A stretch of 64,000 nt of DNA from Chloracidobacterium sp. (GTDB taxonomy: Bacteria; Acidobacteriota; Blastocatellia; Pyrinomonadales; Pyrinomonadaceae): the NCBI GenBank assembly GCA_016715795.1, contig JADJXP010000001.1, forward strand, positions 261,705-325,704, given 5' to 3'. Shown one piece after another: positions 29,584-39,652 of the stretch. The stretch's first letter is position 1. Every line of letters begins with the position of its first letter. The notes below the pieces were generated by a model that saw nothing but the letters and a program-made list of their open reading frames with translations, was not told the origin of the DNA and did no database searches. The translations under genes were made by a program, and so were the position numbers.

Positions 29584-29626
29584 GCTTGCATTTTTCCATC
29601 CGACGGCTTTCTCGTAAAATTATCGC

Positions 29627-32600
29627 GTGGCCAAGAGACGAACTGGACCCAAACCGACGCTGACCGGCTTGGCTCGCAAGCTCGGCGAATTGACCGCAGA
29701 AAAAAAGCGGGTAGCGTTGGAGCAAAGTGCCTCCCTGGCGGCAGTGTCTTTAAAGGCGAGCCGTGCTTTTGTCGGGTCAGTACCAGAGGCCGCCGAGGTG
29801 ATGTCGTCCGAGGATCTGCGCGGTTGGAGTGAATTCGGCCGCCGTGTGGCAATGGCTGATACGGGTTCGGCTATCCGTTTCTTCACGGAAAGCTATCAGA
29901 AGCTGCCGGAGATTCCTGACGAGTGCCGAAGCAAGGTATTCGCGATCTGTACTCGGCAGTTGGTGCTTTCGAGTTCGGCCGCGTTGGCATCGTACGACCG
30001 CATGCCCGAGATAGCAGGCTCATTTGCCGCTCCCGTCCTACTCGGCGATGTCCTTGACGTAGCCCTGGAAATTGCCGGTCGTTCAGCGCGGCACAGCGCC
30101 GAATTTCTCGAAAATGCACCGGCTGTTGGCCGTTCGCTCAGTGCGTTCAGAGATGAGAACGTGACCCAAGCGGTCCTGTCTCTTGCTGCTGACTTTGCCA
30201 AGCGAACCGGCGGCCTTACAGCCGAACTCTGGAAAGGCCTACCTGAGGCCCTGGACGGCCTTTCGGCGAACAATGCGGTTAGGCTGCTGCGAGCAACAAG
30301 AGCGTTCTTAGACCACGGCGGCAGCGTCACGCTTCACTTTCTGGCGTCAGGAAGTGTTGTGTTGAGGAGGTCTGAGCAGGCTTTTGATGAATGGGATGCT
30401 GCCGCCAAGGTGATGGCCCGAAATGGTAATGCGGTTGTGATTTCATTTCTTAGGGCAGCACCGCGATTTTTTTCGCATTTTACGTCCCCTGGCAGTAAGC
30501 TCACGATCCGGCGCGTGATGCATCTGACGTCCACAATTGCCGAAATTGACGCTGAGGGTGCTCTTGCCGCATTTAGGTCAAGTGGGTCGGCATTGCAGCG
30601 AGTGTCAATAGCGCAATTCGAAGACTGGGTCGCGAACGGCCTTTCCGCCCATGCAAAGGATTCAACAAAAGTACGCCGGAGCTACTTCGCCCTTGAAACG
30701 CGTGAGTCAAATGACCGGCTTCAGCGATCCCGTTCGGGCCTGCCTCTCGATAGGATCCAGCAGGTACTACGCCTGTATGTGGAAGGCCTTACGGGCAAGG
30801 AGATCGATATCCGGCCATCGAACGCAATGTCTCAGGAGGCACGTATCGGCGATGGTAAGACTATCTACCTGCCTTCGTCAGTTGCGGAATTCTCCGATGA
30901 CGAGCAGGACTTTCGGCTTTACAAAGTGCTTGCAGCCCATGCCGCCGGACAGATCGAATTTGGCACGTTTGAGGTGGACACGAGAGAGCTACGGGCCGCC
31001 TATACGGACCTTTCAATACTCTATTCGATGACCGATGAAGATCGGGATGCTTTCTCTCTGGGTGGGTACCTGAATACGAGGAGATCTGAGATCGGGGATC
31101 TGAAGGAGGAAATTGGAGATCTGCCGACAGGTTCCGGTTATCGCGAAGTTCTGAAGGCATTTCCCGATCCGCACCTTGCTCGCAAGATCTTCACGACCAT
31201 GGAGAATGCCCGTATCGACTACTGTCTGCGACGGACCTATCGCGGCCTCGTCAAAGATCTCGACTTGATGCGATCCCTACTTCGCTCCAACCGGCCATAC
31301 ATATTCGACCTTCCCATGTATCAGGTGCCATTCGAGTTGTTGTTCCAAATCACCCTATGTGGCGGGGCGACAGACGATGCGCGGAAGTTCTATGGCCAGA
31401 TCGTGTCCGAGATCGAAGCGGTAATTGAGACATATTTAGCACCGCCGTCGGGAGCCCCAGCGTCAGCCCATAACCGTCTTGCCCGTAAGAACAGCACAAC
31501 AGCAAGACGCGGAACGGCAGCTACCGACTTAGCCCCAACCTGTGCGGACGCTTCGGCCCTGCCTACCGTCGGCGATGCATTAATAGCGACGTCGCGTGTC
31601 TATACTCTGTTTCAAAACATCGCCCCCGAAAAGCAGCAGGAAGCTGAGTCGGACAACACGGAGGAAGAGGACCAGTTTGCCTATGAAGATAAACACTCTG
31701 TCGAATCTGTGGCCGAGGACCATGTGAAACGCGAATCGCAGGATCGGATGCAGGACGTTAGCGATCTGTTCAATGCCTGGAACAGCCTCGATAATGATGG
31801 GGAACCTGACGATCTGAGCGGCTCCGAGTCTTGGGGTCAAACCGAGTTGCCTGAACAACAGCTCGAGCCCGAGGAAATTGCCTTTGCCTATGATGAGTGG
31901 GACCGTGAACTCAACGACTACCGTGTTGGCTGGAGCCGCGTAATCGAGAAACGGGTAAAGCAAGGCGACCGCTCATTCGTCGAGATGACGCGAGCTCGAT
32001 ATCGCGGCGTGATCTCATCGATACGGCACCAGTTCCAGTTGATGAAGCCCGAGAACCTCACACGAGTCAACCGTGAGATCGATGGCGAGGATTATGATCT
32101 GAACGCGCTTGTGGATCTTGTGATAGATCGCAAGGCTGACGGCAGGCAGTCCGAGAATATCTACACCAAGCGACTGCGAAAGCAGCGCGATGTGGCCGTC
32201 TCGCTCCTGCTTGACCAATCGTCGTCAACGGCTCGCACCATTACGCGAAATCCGCTCCAGCCCTATACGCATCCCGGCCGGCGCATCATCGAGATAGAAA
32301 AAGAAGGCCTCGTCCTGATGAGTGAGGCTCTTGAGGCCGTTGGCGATGCATATTCGATCAGTGGGTTTACAAGCGAGGGGCGCAGGAATGTTAAGTTCTA
32401 TGTTGTAAAAGATTTCGATGAGCAATATTCCGACGAGACAGAAAGACGCATTGGCGGGATAACATTCCAGAACAATACTCGCTTGGGCGCCGCCATCCGC
32501 CATGCGTCACACACGCTGCTCCGTCAGGACACCCGCACAAAGCTCCTCATCATCCTGACCGACGGCCGTCCATACGATCACGATTACGGCGACGCACGCT

Positions 32601-32794
32601 ACGCCCGTGAAGATGTCCGCGAAGCTCTTATCGAAGCTAAAACTAATGGCGTCACGCCATTCTGTATCACCATCGACCGCGAATCCGAGGCCGAACTGAA
32701 AGATCTATACGGGGATGTCGGCTACACGATCATCGACGATGTTCTCTCGCTCCCGGAGCGGATGCCGAATATCTACCGACGGCTAACCAGTTGA
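29627..32794 (+). CDS. Large protein with C-terminal NorD/CbbO-type von Willebrand factor A domain
   Basis: The C-terminal ~230 aa carry a MIDAS motif, DxSxS (LLLDQSSST), then ...[11 protein letters not shown]...[12 protein letters not shown]...PFCITID. This is the pattern of NorD/CbbO vWA proteins. About 800 aa of upstream sequence are unassigned and include an acidic stretch. Confidence 0.7.
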   Translation: MAKRRTGPKPTLTGLARKLGELTAEKKRVALEQSASLAAVSLKASRAFVGSVPEAAEVMSSEDLRGWSEFGRRVAMADTGSAIRFFTESYQKLPEIPDECRSKVFAICTRQLVLSSSAALASYDRMPEIAGSFAAPVLLGDVLDVALEIAGRSARHSAEFLENAPAVGRSLSAFRDENVTQAVLSLAADFAKRTGGLTAELWKGLPEALDGLSANNAVRLLRATRAFLDHGGSVTLHFLASGSVVLRRSEQAFDEWDAAAKVMARNGNAVVISFLRAAPRFFSHFTSPGSKLTIRRVMHLTSTIAEIDAEGALAAFRSSGSALQRVSIAQFEDWVANGLSAHAKDSTKVRRSYFALETRESNDRLQRSRSGLPLDRIQQVLRLYVEGLTGKEIDIRPSNAMSQEARIGDGKTIYLPSSVAEFSDDEQDFRLYKVLAAHAAGQIEFGTFEVDTRELRAAYTDLSILYSMTDEDRDAFSLGGYLNTRRSEIGDLKEEIGDLPTGSGYREVLKAFPDPHLARKIFTTMENARIDYCLRRTYRGLVKDLDLMRSLLRSNRPYIFDLPMYQVPFELLFQITLCGGATDDARKFYGQIVSEIEAVIETYLAPPSGAPASAHNRLARKNSTTARRGTAATDLAPTCADASALPTVGDALIATSRVYTLFQNIAPEKQQEAESDNTEEEDQFAYEDKHSVESVAEDHVKRESQDRMQDVSDLFNAWNSLDNDGEPDDLSGSESWGQTELPEQQLEPEEIAFAYDEWDRELNDYRVGWSRVIEKRVKQGDRSFVEMTRARYRGVISSIRHQFQLMKPENLTRVNREIDGEDYDLNALVDLVIDRKADGRQSENIYTKRLRKQRDVAVSLLLDQSSSTARTITRNPLQPYTHPGRRIIEIEKEGLVLMSEALEAVGDAYSISGFTSEGRRNVKFYVVKDFDEQYSDETERRIGGITFQNNTRLGAAIRHASHTLLRQDTRTKLLIILTDGRPYDHDYGDARYAREDVREALIEAKTNGVTPFCITIDRESEAELKDLYGDVGYTIIDDVLSLPERMPNIYRRLTS

Positions 32795-32838
32795 TCCCAG
32801 ATCAACCGCTCTATTCCCATTACGGTCAAGAAAAAAAA

Positions 32839-32862
32839 CCGCCTCGCACATTGGCGAGGCGG
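32839..32862. terminator. Bidirectional terminator hairpin between convergent genes
   Basis: CCGCCTCGC (32839-32847) pairs with GCGAGGCGG (32854-32862), preceded by an A8 run. Confidence 0.65.
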
Positions 32863-32894
32863 CATGTTCGATCTAACTGAACTATTCTCCTGTC

Positions 32895-33437
32895 TTACTG
32901 CGCTGAAAATACTTGCACCGTTCGGCGGCCGAATTTCCGGGCCTCACCACAGCCGGGCACCCAGATGTCGATCTTCTTGCCTTTGATCGCAGTGCCGGTG
33001 TCGGAGACGAGATACGTCCCGCTCCACTGCCCGGCGTTCACATAAACGCGGGAGCCGAGTCTGAGAACACGTGGGTCGGCCGCGATCAATCCACGGCGAA
33101 CACCATGTCCCATAGCGGTCCGGCCCTTAAGGCAGTAGGCAGTGGCGGAAAATGAGCCACGGCTGCCACCGGCACCGGCGGCCTTTGTCGAGGCCGTCGT
33201 CTTAACCAGTTTCTTATCGTCAGTCGCGGGAGCGGTTTCGATCACGGAAGCACTATCACTAACTAAATTATTATTAAGTATATTATCTTCTGCGATTGTC
33301 GGTTGCGATTCCTTCGCTATAATGAGGTCGCCGACCGGCTTGCTCGTCTGCGCGTAGATAAAAGCCACGAGCAGGCTCGCAAGGACGGCTATTGAGCCTC
33401 CTCTAACGAGTTTCTTCATTATAAATTCTCCTGTCAT
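32895..33437 (-). CDS. 3D-domain (MltA-like double-psi beta-barrel) protein
   Basis: Signal/TM N-terminus. The C-terminus reads ATAYCLKGRTAMGHGVRRGLIAADPRVLRLGSRVYV...YLVSDTGTAIKGKKIDIWV, typical of the 3D domain. The start may be MKKLV at 33419. Confidence 0.75.
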   Translation of the reverse strand: MTGEFIMKKLVRGGSIAVLASLLVAFIYAQTSKPVGDLIIAKESQPTIAEDNILNNNLVSDSASVIETAPATDDKKLVKTTASTKAAGAGGSRGSFSATAYCLKGRTAMGHGVRRGLIAADPRVLRLGSRVYVNAGQWSGTYLVSDTGTAIKGKKIDIWVPGCGEARKFGRRTVQVFSAQ

Positions 33438-33759
33438 AATTAATCGGAGTCCAAACGCAAAAATAGTGTCTGAGATTTGATTCTTCAGCCACTATTTGCC
33501 GGTAAAGGCGTCGCCTGGACTGTTTTCGGACGGCCATTCGCCGCCGAGTTTCAACCCATAGATGTTGAAACTGTGAACAACTTTACCACTTGCGACCAGA
33601 TGTGTCCACCCGTCGACAGCCGCAAGTCCTTGTAATATATGCAATTGCTGTGTTTTCAGTGGTTTACAAGTGGCATTTTTTTTTGGATTTGTTAGACTTT
33701 TGGGGCGAGATTCTTCTTGGATTCTCGCCAGAAGCAGCCCATTTCTTGTGAGGAAACCT

Positions 33760-34125
33760 ATGCGTGAGAGACGCGGCGGCGAACGCTTTGCCATCTCATT
33801 TCCGATCCGTGTCAGGTGGAAAGGCGAGGACGGAAAAGAAGTCGTTCAGGAAGGATTGACCGAGAACGTCGGCCCGCACGGCACTCTGATCTATCTGCCG
33901 CGAAATCTGCCGAGCGTCGGCGGCAGGGTTCGCATCACCGTCACCGAGAACCCGGACGACGAGGTAACCGCCGCAGCCGAGGTCATCCGCCTTGAACGCA
34001 ATGCCGCCCACCCTCAGGCGGCGCTCATGCTGACCGACAACCTGCGCGAGTGGAAAAAGAAGGTATGGCAACTTGCCGCAACCACGATCGCCGAACAGGA
34101 ACCGGAAGAGTTTGACGATTGGTAG
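33760..34125 (+). CDS. PilZ-domain-like protein
   Basis: MRERRGGERF contains RxxxR, and TENVGPHG resembles the (D/N)xSxxG motif. A GAGGA Shine-Dalgarno sequence lies before 33760. The track ORF begins at 33670. Confidence 0.5.
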   Translation: MRERRGGERFAISFPIRVRWKGEDGKEVVQEGLTENVGPHGTLIYLPRNLPSVGGRVRITVTENPDDEVTAAAEVIRLERNAAHPQAALMLTDNLREWKKKVWQLAATTIAEQEPEEFDDW

Positions 34126-34131
34126 AGCGAA

Positions 34132-35292
34132 ATGAAAGTTCTGGTTCTCGGCGCCGGGCGTATGGGCCATGGTGCTGTTTTTGACCTCATCCACAACTCA
34201 CCCGATGTCGAGACGGTCACCGTCGCTGACAACGATCTCAAGAAGGCCGAGGCCGTCGCCGACTCGGTCGGGACGTCACGTGTAGATCCGCATCACATCG
34301 ACGTCTCGAATTATTCTGATGTCGTCTCGCTCCTGCGCGGGCACGATTCAGTGATCTCGTGCGTAAACTACTGGTACAACGTCGCTCTTTCAAAGGCCGC
34401 GATCGAAACGCGTGCCAACTTCTGCGACCTCGGTGGTAACAATTACGTAGTTGACGAGCAACTCAATCTCGATGACGAAGCAAAAGCCGCGGGCATTAAT
34501 ATCATTCCCGACTGCGGCCTTGCACCGGGAATGGTCTCGATCCTGGCGATGCACGGCACGACGCGGTTTGATCGCGTCGATGAGATACACATCCGCGTCG
34601 GCGGTCTCCCTCAAGACCCGCAGCCGCCCCTCGATTATCAGCTTGTGTTCTCGGTCGAAGGACTGATAAATGAATATATCGAGACCGCCCGCGTGATCCG
34701 CGACGGCAAGATCACCGAGGTCGCATCAATGACCGAGCTCGAGAACTTGTGGTTCGATGGTTTTCCTCGACTCGAGGCGTTTCAAACGAGCGGCGGCACG
34801 TCGACGTTGCCGGACACTTTTGCAGGCAAGGTCAAAGAGCTCGATTACAAAACGATCCGCTACGCAGGCCATTGTGACAAATTCAAGGCAATGATCGATC
34901 TCGGTCTCTGTTCGAGCGAGAAAACCGTGGTTGATTTTCAGGACGTCATACCGCGAAAAGTGTTTGGGAAACTCCTGCAGGAGAACCTCCCCGCTGTTGG
35001 CCCCGATTACGTTCTCATCCGATTGGACTTTATCGGAACCAATAATGGTGAGAACCGCAAGCTCCGCTACGACATTGTGGACCGCTTCGACACTACGACA
35101 GGAATGTCCGCGATGATGCGAACGACCGCCTTTCCGGCATCTATCATTGCCCAGATGATGGCCCGCGGTGATGTCAACCTACGCGGAGCTACACCACAAG
35201 AACTTGCCATCGATCCGGATACATTTGTCGTCGAGCTTAACCAACGCGGAATCACCATCAACTCTATTGACAGTCTCGTTTCACTAAGCTAG
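34132..35292 (+). CDS. Saccharopine dehydrogenase-family NAD(P)-binding oxidoreductase
   Basis: N-terminal Rossmann motif MKVLVLGAGRMG. The length and central region are typical of Sacchrp_dh proteins. Confidence 0.75.
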   Translation: MKVLVLGAGRMGHGAVFDLIHNSPDVETVTVADNDLKKAEAVADSVGTSRVDPHHIDVSNYSDVVSLLRGHDSVISCVNYWYNVALSKAAIETRANFCDLGGNNYVVDEQLNLDDEAKAAGINIIPDCGLAPGMVSILAMHGTTRFDRVDEIHIRVGGLPQDPQPPLDYQLVFSVEGLINEYIETARVIRDGKITEVASMTELENLWFDGFPRLEAFQTSGGTSTLPDTFAGKVKELDYKTIRYAGHCDKFKAMIDLGLCSSEKTVVDFQDVIPRKVFGKLLQENLPAVGPDYVLIRLDFIGTNNGENRKLRYDIVDRFDTTTGMSAMMRTTAFPASIIAQMMARGDVNLRGATPQELAIDPDTFVVELNQRGITINSIDSLVSLS

Positions 35293-35441
35293 AATTCGTC
35301 CGTTCTAACGAAAGCTAACCGGCTCATTGCCGAGAGTTAAGTGAACCGTACGAGGGGAAGGTATGTGTCACGATGTTGGCGAATTCTGCCACCACGCGCT
35401 CCTTTCACATCAAAATCCAAAACAACCAAAGGAGATCTGTC

Positions 35442-38432
35442 ATGTTAAATTGCTGGAGTATTGCCTGTGTCCACCGTTCCACTGCCTCGCGTTTCTTTCA
35501 CATCGCCCTCTTTCTAACGATCCTCTCAATGTCCACACTGGCCGGCCTCGCCGGTACAAGGGGTAAGAGCGGAGATCAACTCTGGTCTCAAGTCGATGAA
35601 GCGACCGCATCGATCCGCGGACAGCGGTCGATAACACCAGACAGATATCTTGTTTATCGTGTAAACATCTCAGAGCTAAAACGGATCCTCGCTTCGGCAC
35701 CGCTTGAATTCACGGTCGCTGCACGGGCCAGGCAGATAATCCTTGAAGTTCCGACACCCGATGGCCGGATGGAACGATTCAGGCTTGAGGAATCGCCTGT
35801 CCTCGCTGCAAATGTCGCCAGCCAGTTTCCGACCTGGAAGACATTTAGCGGTCAAGGTATCGACGATCCGACGGCAACGGCTCGGTTTGACATCAACATC
35901 AACGGCTTTCACGGATACGTATCGGGCATCAACGGCACCTACCTGGTCGATCCTTATTCCACTGATGACCGTGCCCACTACATCGTATATTACAAAGGAA
36001 GTGTGCGATCCGATGACCCGTTCTCCTGCGGTGTGGACGACAGCAGCATCGATGGATCGGATATTGGCTCAGGGAGCACTCCCGAGTACAGCAACGGCGA
36101 AAACTTGCGAACGCTGCGGATCGCTTTTTCGGCGACAAAGGAATACACCACCTTTCACGGGAATAATACGACCACCGCCTTCGCAGCGATCACAACCACG
36201 ACCAACCGCATGATCCTGATCTATCGACGCGAGCTTGCGGTAACATTTACGATCGTTTCGAACTTAAGCACGGTATTCAGCGTCGGCAATGACGGCGGGT
36301 TTCCTGATGCATCGAACCCGAACGTCGCGGACCTATCTGTTACTCGCAATCAAGTCGTGCTCGACACCGCCTACGGTGATGCGAATTACGATATCGGCCA
36401 CGCCCTGTCACGAACTGGCAATCCTAACGGCTTGGCCGCCAGCCCGAGCATCTGCTCTACGGGCAATAAGGCCCAGGGGTTCACGGGCGCGCCCGTTCCA
36501 CAGGGCGATGGATATGATGTGGATTATGTGGCACACGAGATCGGACATCAGTTCGGTATGAGCCATACCTTCAACAACAGCGTCGACGGCAGTTGCACTA
36601 CTCGCTCGACAAACTCTGCTTACGAGCCGGCAAGCGGCGTAACGATCATGGGCTACGCTGGCATCTGCGCCCCACGGAATCTGTCTTCGAACTCGATAGA
36701 TGTATTCCATGCCCGGAGCCTCGAGCAAAGTCTGGCCGAGATGGGGACGAATCCGCCTAGCCCTGGCGGCACGTGCGGCACAACGGCGGCTACGGCCAAC
36801 GTAGCACCCGTCCCAAATGCGGGGGCGAATTTTACGATTCCCAAGCTTACGCCGTTCATGCTAACCGGCAGTGCCACCGACGCTACCAATAATGGACTTA
36901 CATACTCGTGGGAGGAGTATGACCTGGGTAATCCGACCGGCTCAACCGGTGACCCTGACACGGATGCAAATGGGCCACGTCCGATCTTCCGGTCATTCAA
37001 CCCGTCAGCGTCGCCTTCGCGAACATTCCCGAGCCTGACCTATATTCTCAATAACGCAAACAATCCGCCGGCAACATACACAACAATGCTCCCAAACGCC
37101 CCGACCTCAGGTTCGACCAATGGCTACAATTGCGCCGCGGGCGAGAACTGCATTACGGGTGAATCGCTGCCATCAATAGCCAGAACAATGAACTTTCGAC
37201 TGACCGTGCGTGATAATTTTGCGGCAGGCGGCGGTGTAGCGGATGCGACGATGCAGGTAACTGTAGCTGGGACGGGTCCGTTTGCGGTCACGTCGCCGAA
37301 CACGAATGTGACTTATGCGGGAAACTCGACGCAGACGGTGACGTGGGATGTCGGCGGATCGTCAGGTGCTCCTGTCAACACCGCAAACGTGAAGATATCG
37401 TTCTCGTCCGACGGCGGAAATACGTTTCCAAATGTGCTGCTGGCAAACACGGCAAACGACGGCTCCGAGAGCGTGACTATTCCGAATGTCGCGACGACCA
37501 CGGCGAGGATCAAGGTCGAGGCAGTCGGCAATATCTTTTTCGATATTTCGGACGTGAATTTTACGACGACTGGGGCCGCGGTTCCGGTCCGCTCAAGAGC
37601 TGATTTTGACGGGGACGGCAGGACCGATCTTTCGGTATTTCGGCCGGCTGAGGGAAATTGGTATCTGAACCGTTCGACTGCCGGCCTGTCAACTCAAGCT
37701 TTTGGCTCAAACGGCGACATACCGGTTCCCGGGGATTTTGATAACGACGGCAAAACGGACCTTGCTGTTTTTCGTCCGGCAAACGACCCGCTCGAAGTGG
37801 ACTTCTATGTCCTGCAGAGCGCGACCAGCACCTTCACTTCTGCCTCGTGGGGCCTCCCCGCTGACATACCGCAACCGGGTGATTACGACGGGGATGGAAA
37901 GGCGGACTATGCAGTTTATCGCCCGGCAAACAATTTCTGGTACGTGCTAAAGAGCACCGGCGGGTTCTCGGCCGACCAATTTGGAACCGCAGGCGATGTC
38001 CCGATCGCGATGGACTTTGAAGGTGATGCTAAGACAAACTTTTCCGTCTTCAGGCCATCCGAAGGCCAATGGTATATCGCGAAACCGACGGGCGTTCCGG
38101 CGCAAAACTTTGACGCTATACCGTTCGGGACGGCCGGCGACTTGCCCGTCGCGGCGGATTATGACAACGATAATAAGGACGATGTTGCTGTATTTCGACC
38201 CGGCACCGGGATCTGGTATGTGCTCCGCAGTACTAACGGATCGGTAACGACAACATCGTTTGGAGTAACCGGAGATATTCCTGTCCCGGGTGACTATGAT
38301 GGCGACGGAGCCGACGACATCGCGGTATACCGCGACGGAACTTGGCATCTGAACCGTTCGACTGCCGGCCTCGTTCAGTCGCAGTTTGGCATCGCGACCG
38401 ACATACCGATCCCTGCGAAATATCTCCCCTAA
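35442..38432 (+). CDS. Secreted metzincin (reprolysin/M12B-like) metalloprotease with C-terminal FG-GAP/VCBS-like repeats
   Basis: AAGGAG Shine-Dalgarno sequence 8 nt before the ATG at 35442. Zinc motif HEIGHQFGMSH (HExxHxxGxxH). About eight C-terminal repeats of D(F/Y)DGDGxxDxxV(F/Y)RPxxxxWY. Confidence 0.85.
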   Translation: MLNCWSIACVHRSTASRFFHIALFLTILSMSTLAGLAGTRGKSGDQLWSQVDEATASIRGQRSITPDRYLVYRVNISELKRILASAPLEFTVAARARQIILEVPTPDGRMERFRLEESPVLAANVASQFPTWKTFSGQGIDDPTATARFDININGFHGYVSGINGTYLVDPYSTDDRAHYIVYYKGSVRSDDPFSCGVDDSSIDGSDIGSGSTPEYSNGENLRTLRIAFSATKEYTTFHGNNTTTAFAAITTTTNRMILIYRRELAVTFTIVSNLSTVFSVGNDGGFPDASNPNVADLSVTRNQVVLDTAYGDANYDIGHALSRTGNPNGLAASPSICSTGNKAQGFTGAPVPQGDGYDVDYVAHEIGHQFGMSHTFNNSVDGSCTTRSTNSAYEPASGVTIMGYAGICAPRNLSSNSIDVFHARSLEQSLAEMGTNPPSPGGTCGTTAATANVAPVPNAGANFTIPKLTPFMLTGSATDATNNGLTYSWEEYDLGNPTGSTGDPDTDANGPRPIFRSFNPSASPSRTFPSLTYILNNANNPPATYTTMLPNAPTSGSTNGYNCAAGENCITGESLPSIARTMNFRLTVRDNFAAGGGVADATMQVTVAGTGPFAVTSPNTNVTYAGNSTQTVTWDVGGSSGAPVNTANVKISFSSDGGNTFPNVLLANTANDGSESVTIPNVATTTARIKVEAVGNIFFDISDVNFTTTGAAVPVRSRADFDGDGRTDLSVFRPAEGNWYLNRSTAGLSTQAFGSNGDIPVPGDFDNDGKTDLAVFRPANDPLEVDFYVLQSATSTFTSASWGLPADIPQPGDYDGDGKADYAVYRPANNFWYVLKSTGGFSADQFGTAGDVPIAMDFEGDAKTNFSVFRPSEGQWYIAKPTGVPAQNFDAIPFGTAGDLPVAADYDNDNKDDVAVFRPGTGIWYVLRSTNGSVTTTSFGVTGDIPVPGDYDGDGADDIAVYRDGTWHLNRSTAGLVQSQFGIATDIPIPAKYLP

Positions 38433-38464
38433 AGCAAGGGTCGGATCAACACTGTAAGGCAAGA

Positions 38465-38496
38465 AATAGCCGGTTGTCTCTCGACAACCGGCTATT
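38465..38496. terminator. Bidirectional terminator hairpin
   Basis: AATAGCCGGTTGTC (38465-38478), loop tctc, then GACAACCGGCTATT (38483-38496). A perfect 14-bp stem between convergent genes. Confidence 0.7.
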
Positions 38497-38523
38497 CTGT
38501 TGCTTGCGTTCTCTCGACTGCGG

Positions 38524-39033
38524 CTAGCCGATGAACATTTCCTCTTCCTCGTAAACGCGGTCGATCTGTTTGGGTGCGGGGGCAAACAGGACCTCGAGGC
38601 CTTTTTTAACGCCGGCCATGATGGCGGCGATCTCGCGGGCGGGCACGACGATCTTTTGTTGGACAAATTGCGTTGTATCGAGCACCTCGGCGTGCGTGCG
38701 GTCGATCGAGCGGCTGACCATAGCGACCTTGTCCTTGGCGGTGACGGCGGTGTCGCTGACGAGCATTTTTAATTCGGCGACCTCTTCTTTAATAAGCTGG
38801 GTCGACTCGGCGAGGTGTTTGGTCGCCGTAGAGAGGTTGGCCGAGACCTCGGTAAAGTGCACCGACATCTCGCGTCCCTGCGCGCTTATCAGATCGATCT
38901 TATAGAGCAGCGGTTCGACGCGTTCCTCGACATTCTTGACGGTCGCGACGACCTTTCGCACCGTGAGCGCGATCCACAGCAACGCGATTGCCATGAAGAT
39001 AAAGCACACGGCAATCACGATCGACGAGACCAT
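38524..39033 (-). CDS. DUF948-like membrane-anchored coiled-coil protein
   Basis: The likely start is MVSSIVIAVCFIFMAIALLWIALTV (39033), which avoids overlap with the upstream gene. It has a single N-terminal TM helix followed by a helical region. Confidence 0.6.
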   Translation of the reverse strand: MVSSIVIAVCFIFMAIALLWIALTVRKVVATVKNVEERVEPLLYKIDLISAQGREMSVHFTEVSANLSTATKHLAESTQLIKEEVAELKMLVSDTAVTAKDKVAMVSRSIDRTHAEVLDTTQFVQQKIVVPAREIAAIMAGVKKGLEVLFAPAPKQIDRVYEEEEMFIG

Positions 39034-39064
39034 TTGCCAGGATTGTGGGTCGCTGGTATTCACG

Positions 39065-39523
39065 TTAAGACTTGTCTTCCTTGGCGTCCTCGACGGTGTA
39101 GGTCGGGCGGCCGTCGGTGATGCCTTTCGACTCGTTCTTACGCTTTTCGGCGGTGTAGGCATCCTTGCCGGCCTCGATAGCGGCAGTGAAAGGATTTGCC
39201 GTGCGGGCCGCGGCAGCCTTTGCCTTGTCGGCTATCTCCTCGGCCTTGTCACCGGCAGCAGCGTAAAGCTCGCCGGCCTTTTCCTTTGATACCTCGTAGT
39301 ATTCGCCGGCTTTCTCGCCGATCTGAGCGGCAGCCTCTTTGCCCTTCTCGATGCCCTTGCGCGTTGCGTCGGCTATGTCTCCCCGAAGCTCCTCGCCCGA
39401 TTTCGGTGCAAAAAGTAGCGCGAGGATCGCGCCGATGCCGCCGCCAATCAGCAAATACGTTAACTTCGTCGAAGCCCCTGATTCTTCCCTGTCGTAATTT
39501 CGTCCCATAGTTTCCTCCCGCAC
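39065..39523 (-). CDS. YtxH-domain protein
   Basis: LIGGGIGAILALLFAPKSGEELRGDIAD is the YtxH signature. The rest is rich in A/K/E helices. Confidence 0.7.
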   Translation of the reverse strand: MREETMGRNYDREESGASTKLTYLLIGGGIGAILALLFAPKSGEELRGDIADATRKGIEKGKEAAAQIGEKAGEYYEVSKEKAGELYAAAGDKAEEIADKAKAAAARTANPFTAAIEAGKDAYTAEKRKNESKGITDGRPTYTVEDAKEDKS

Positions 39524-39652
39524 AAATTCGTGTGCGAATGAGCGTAAAACATCACTCGGCTATAGGTTCACTATAGCAAATGCGCTGTGAGCGCAGCAAA
39601 GGATTATTTAATCGATGGCGATTTGTTACAATCACAGTTTGTCTTTTTGGCT

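Noticed and set aside
31470-31540. Possible fourth in-frame palindromic insertion, in the vWA protein gene (CGTCTTGC...GCAAGACG)
   Set aside because: The stem is only 8 bp and there is no word-repeat architecture. I cannot judge from sequence alone whether the surrounding peptide is an insertion.
33492-33794. 100-aa minus-strand ORF between the 3D-domain gene and the PilZ-like gene
   Set aside because: It overlaps the PilZ gene's 5' region, has no Shine-Dalgarno sequence or recognisable motif, and its composition looks intergenic.
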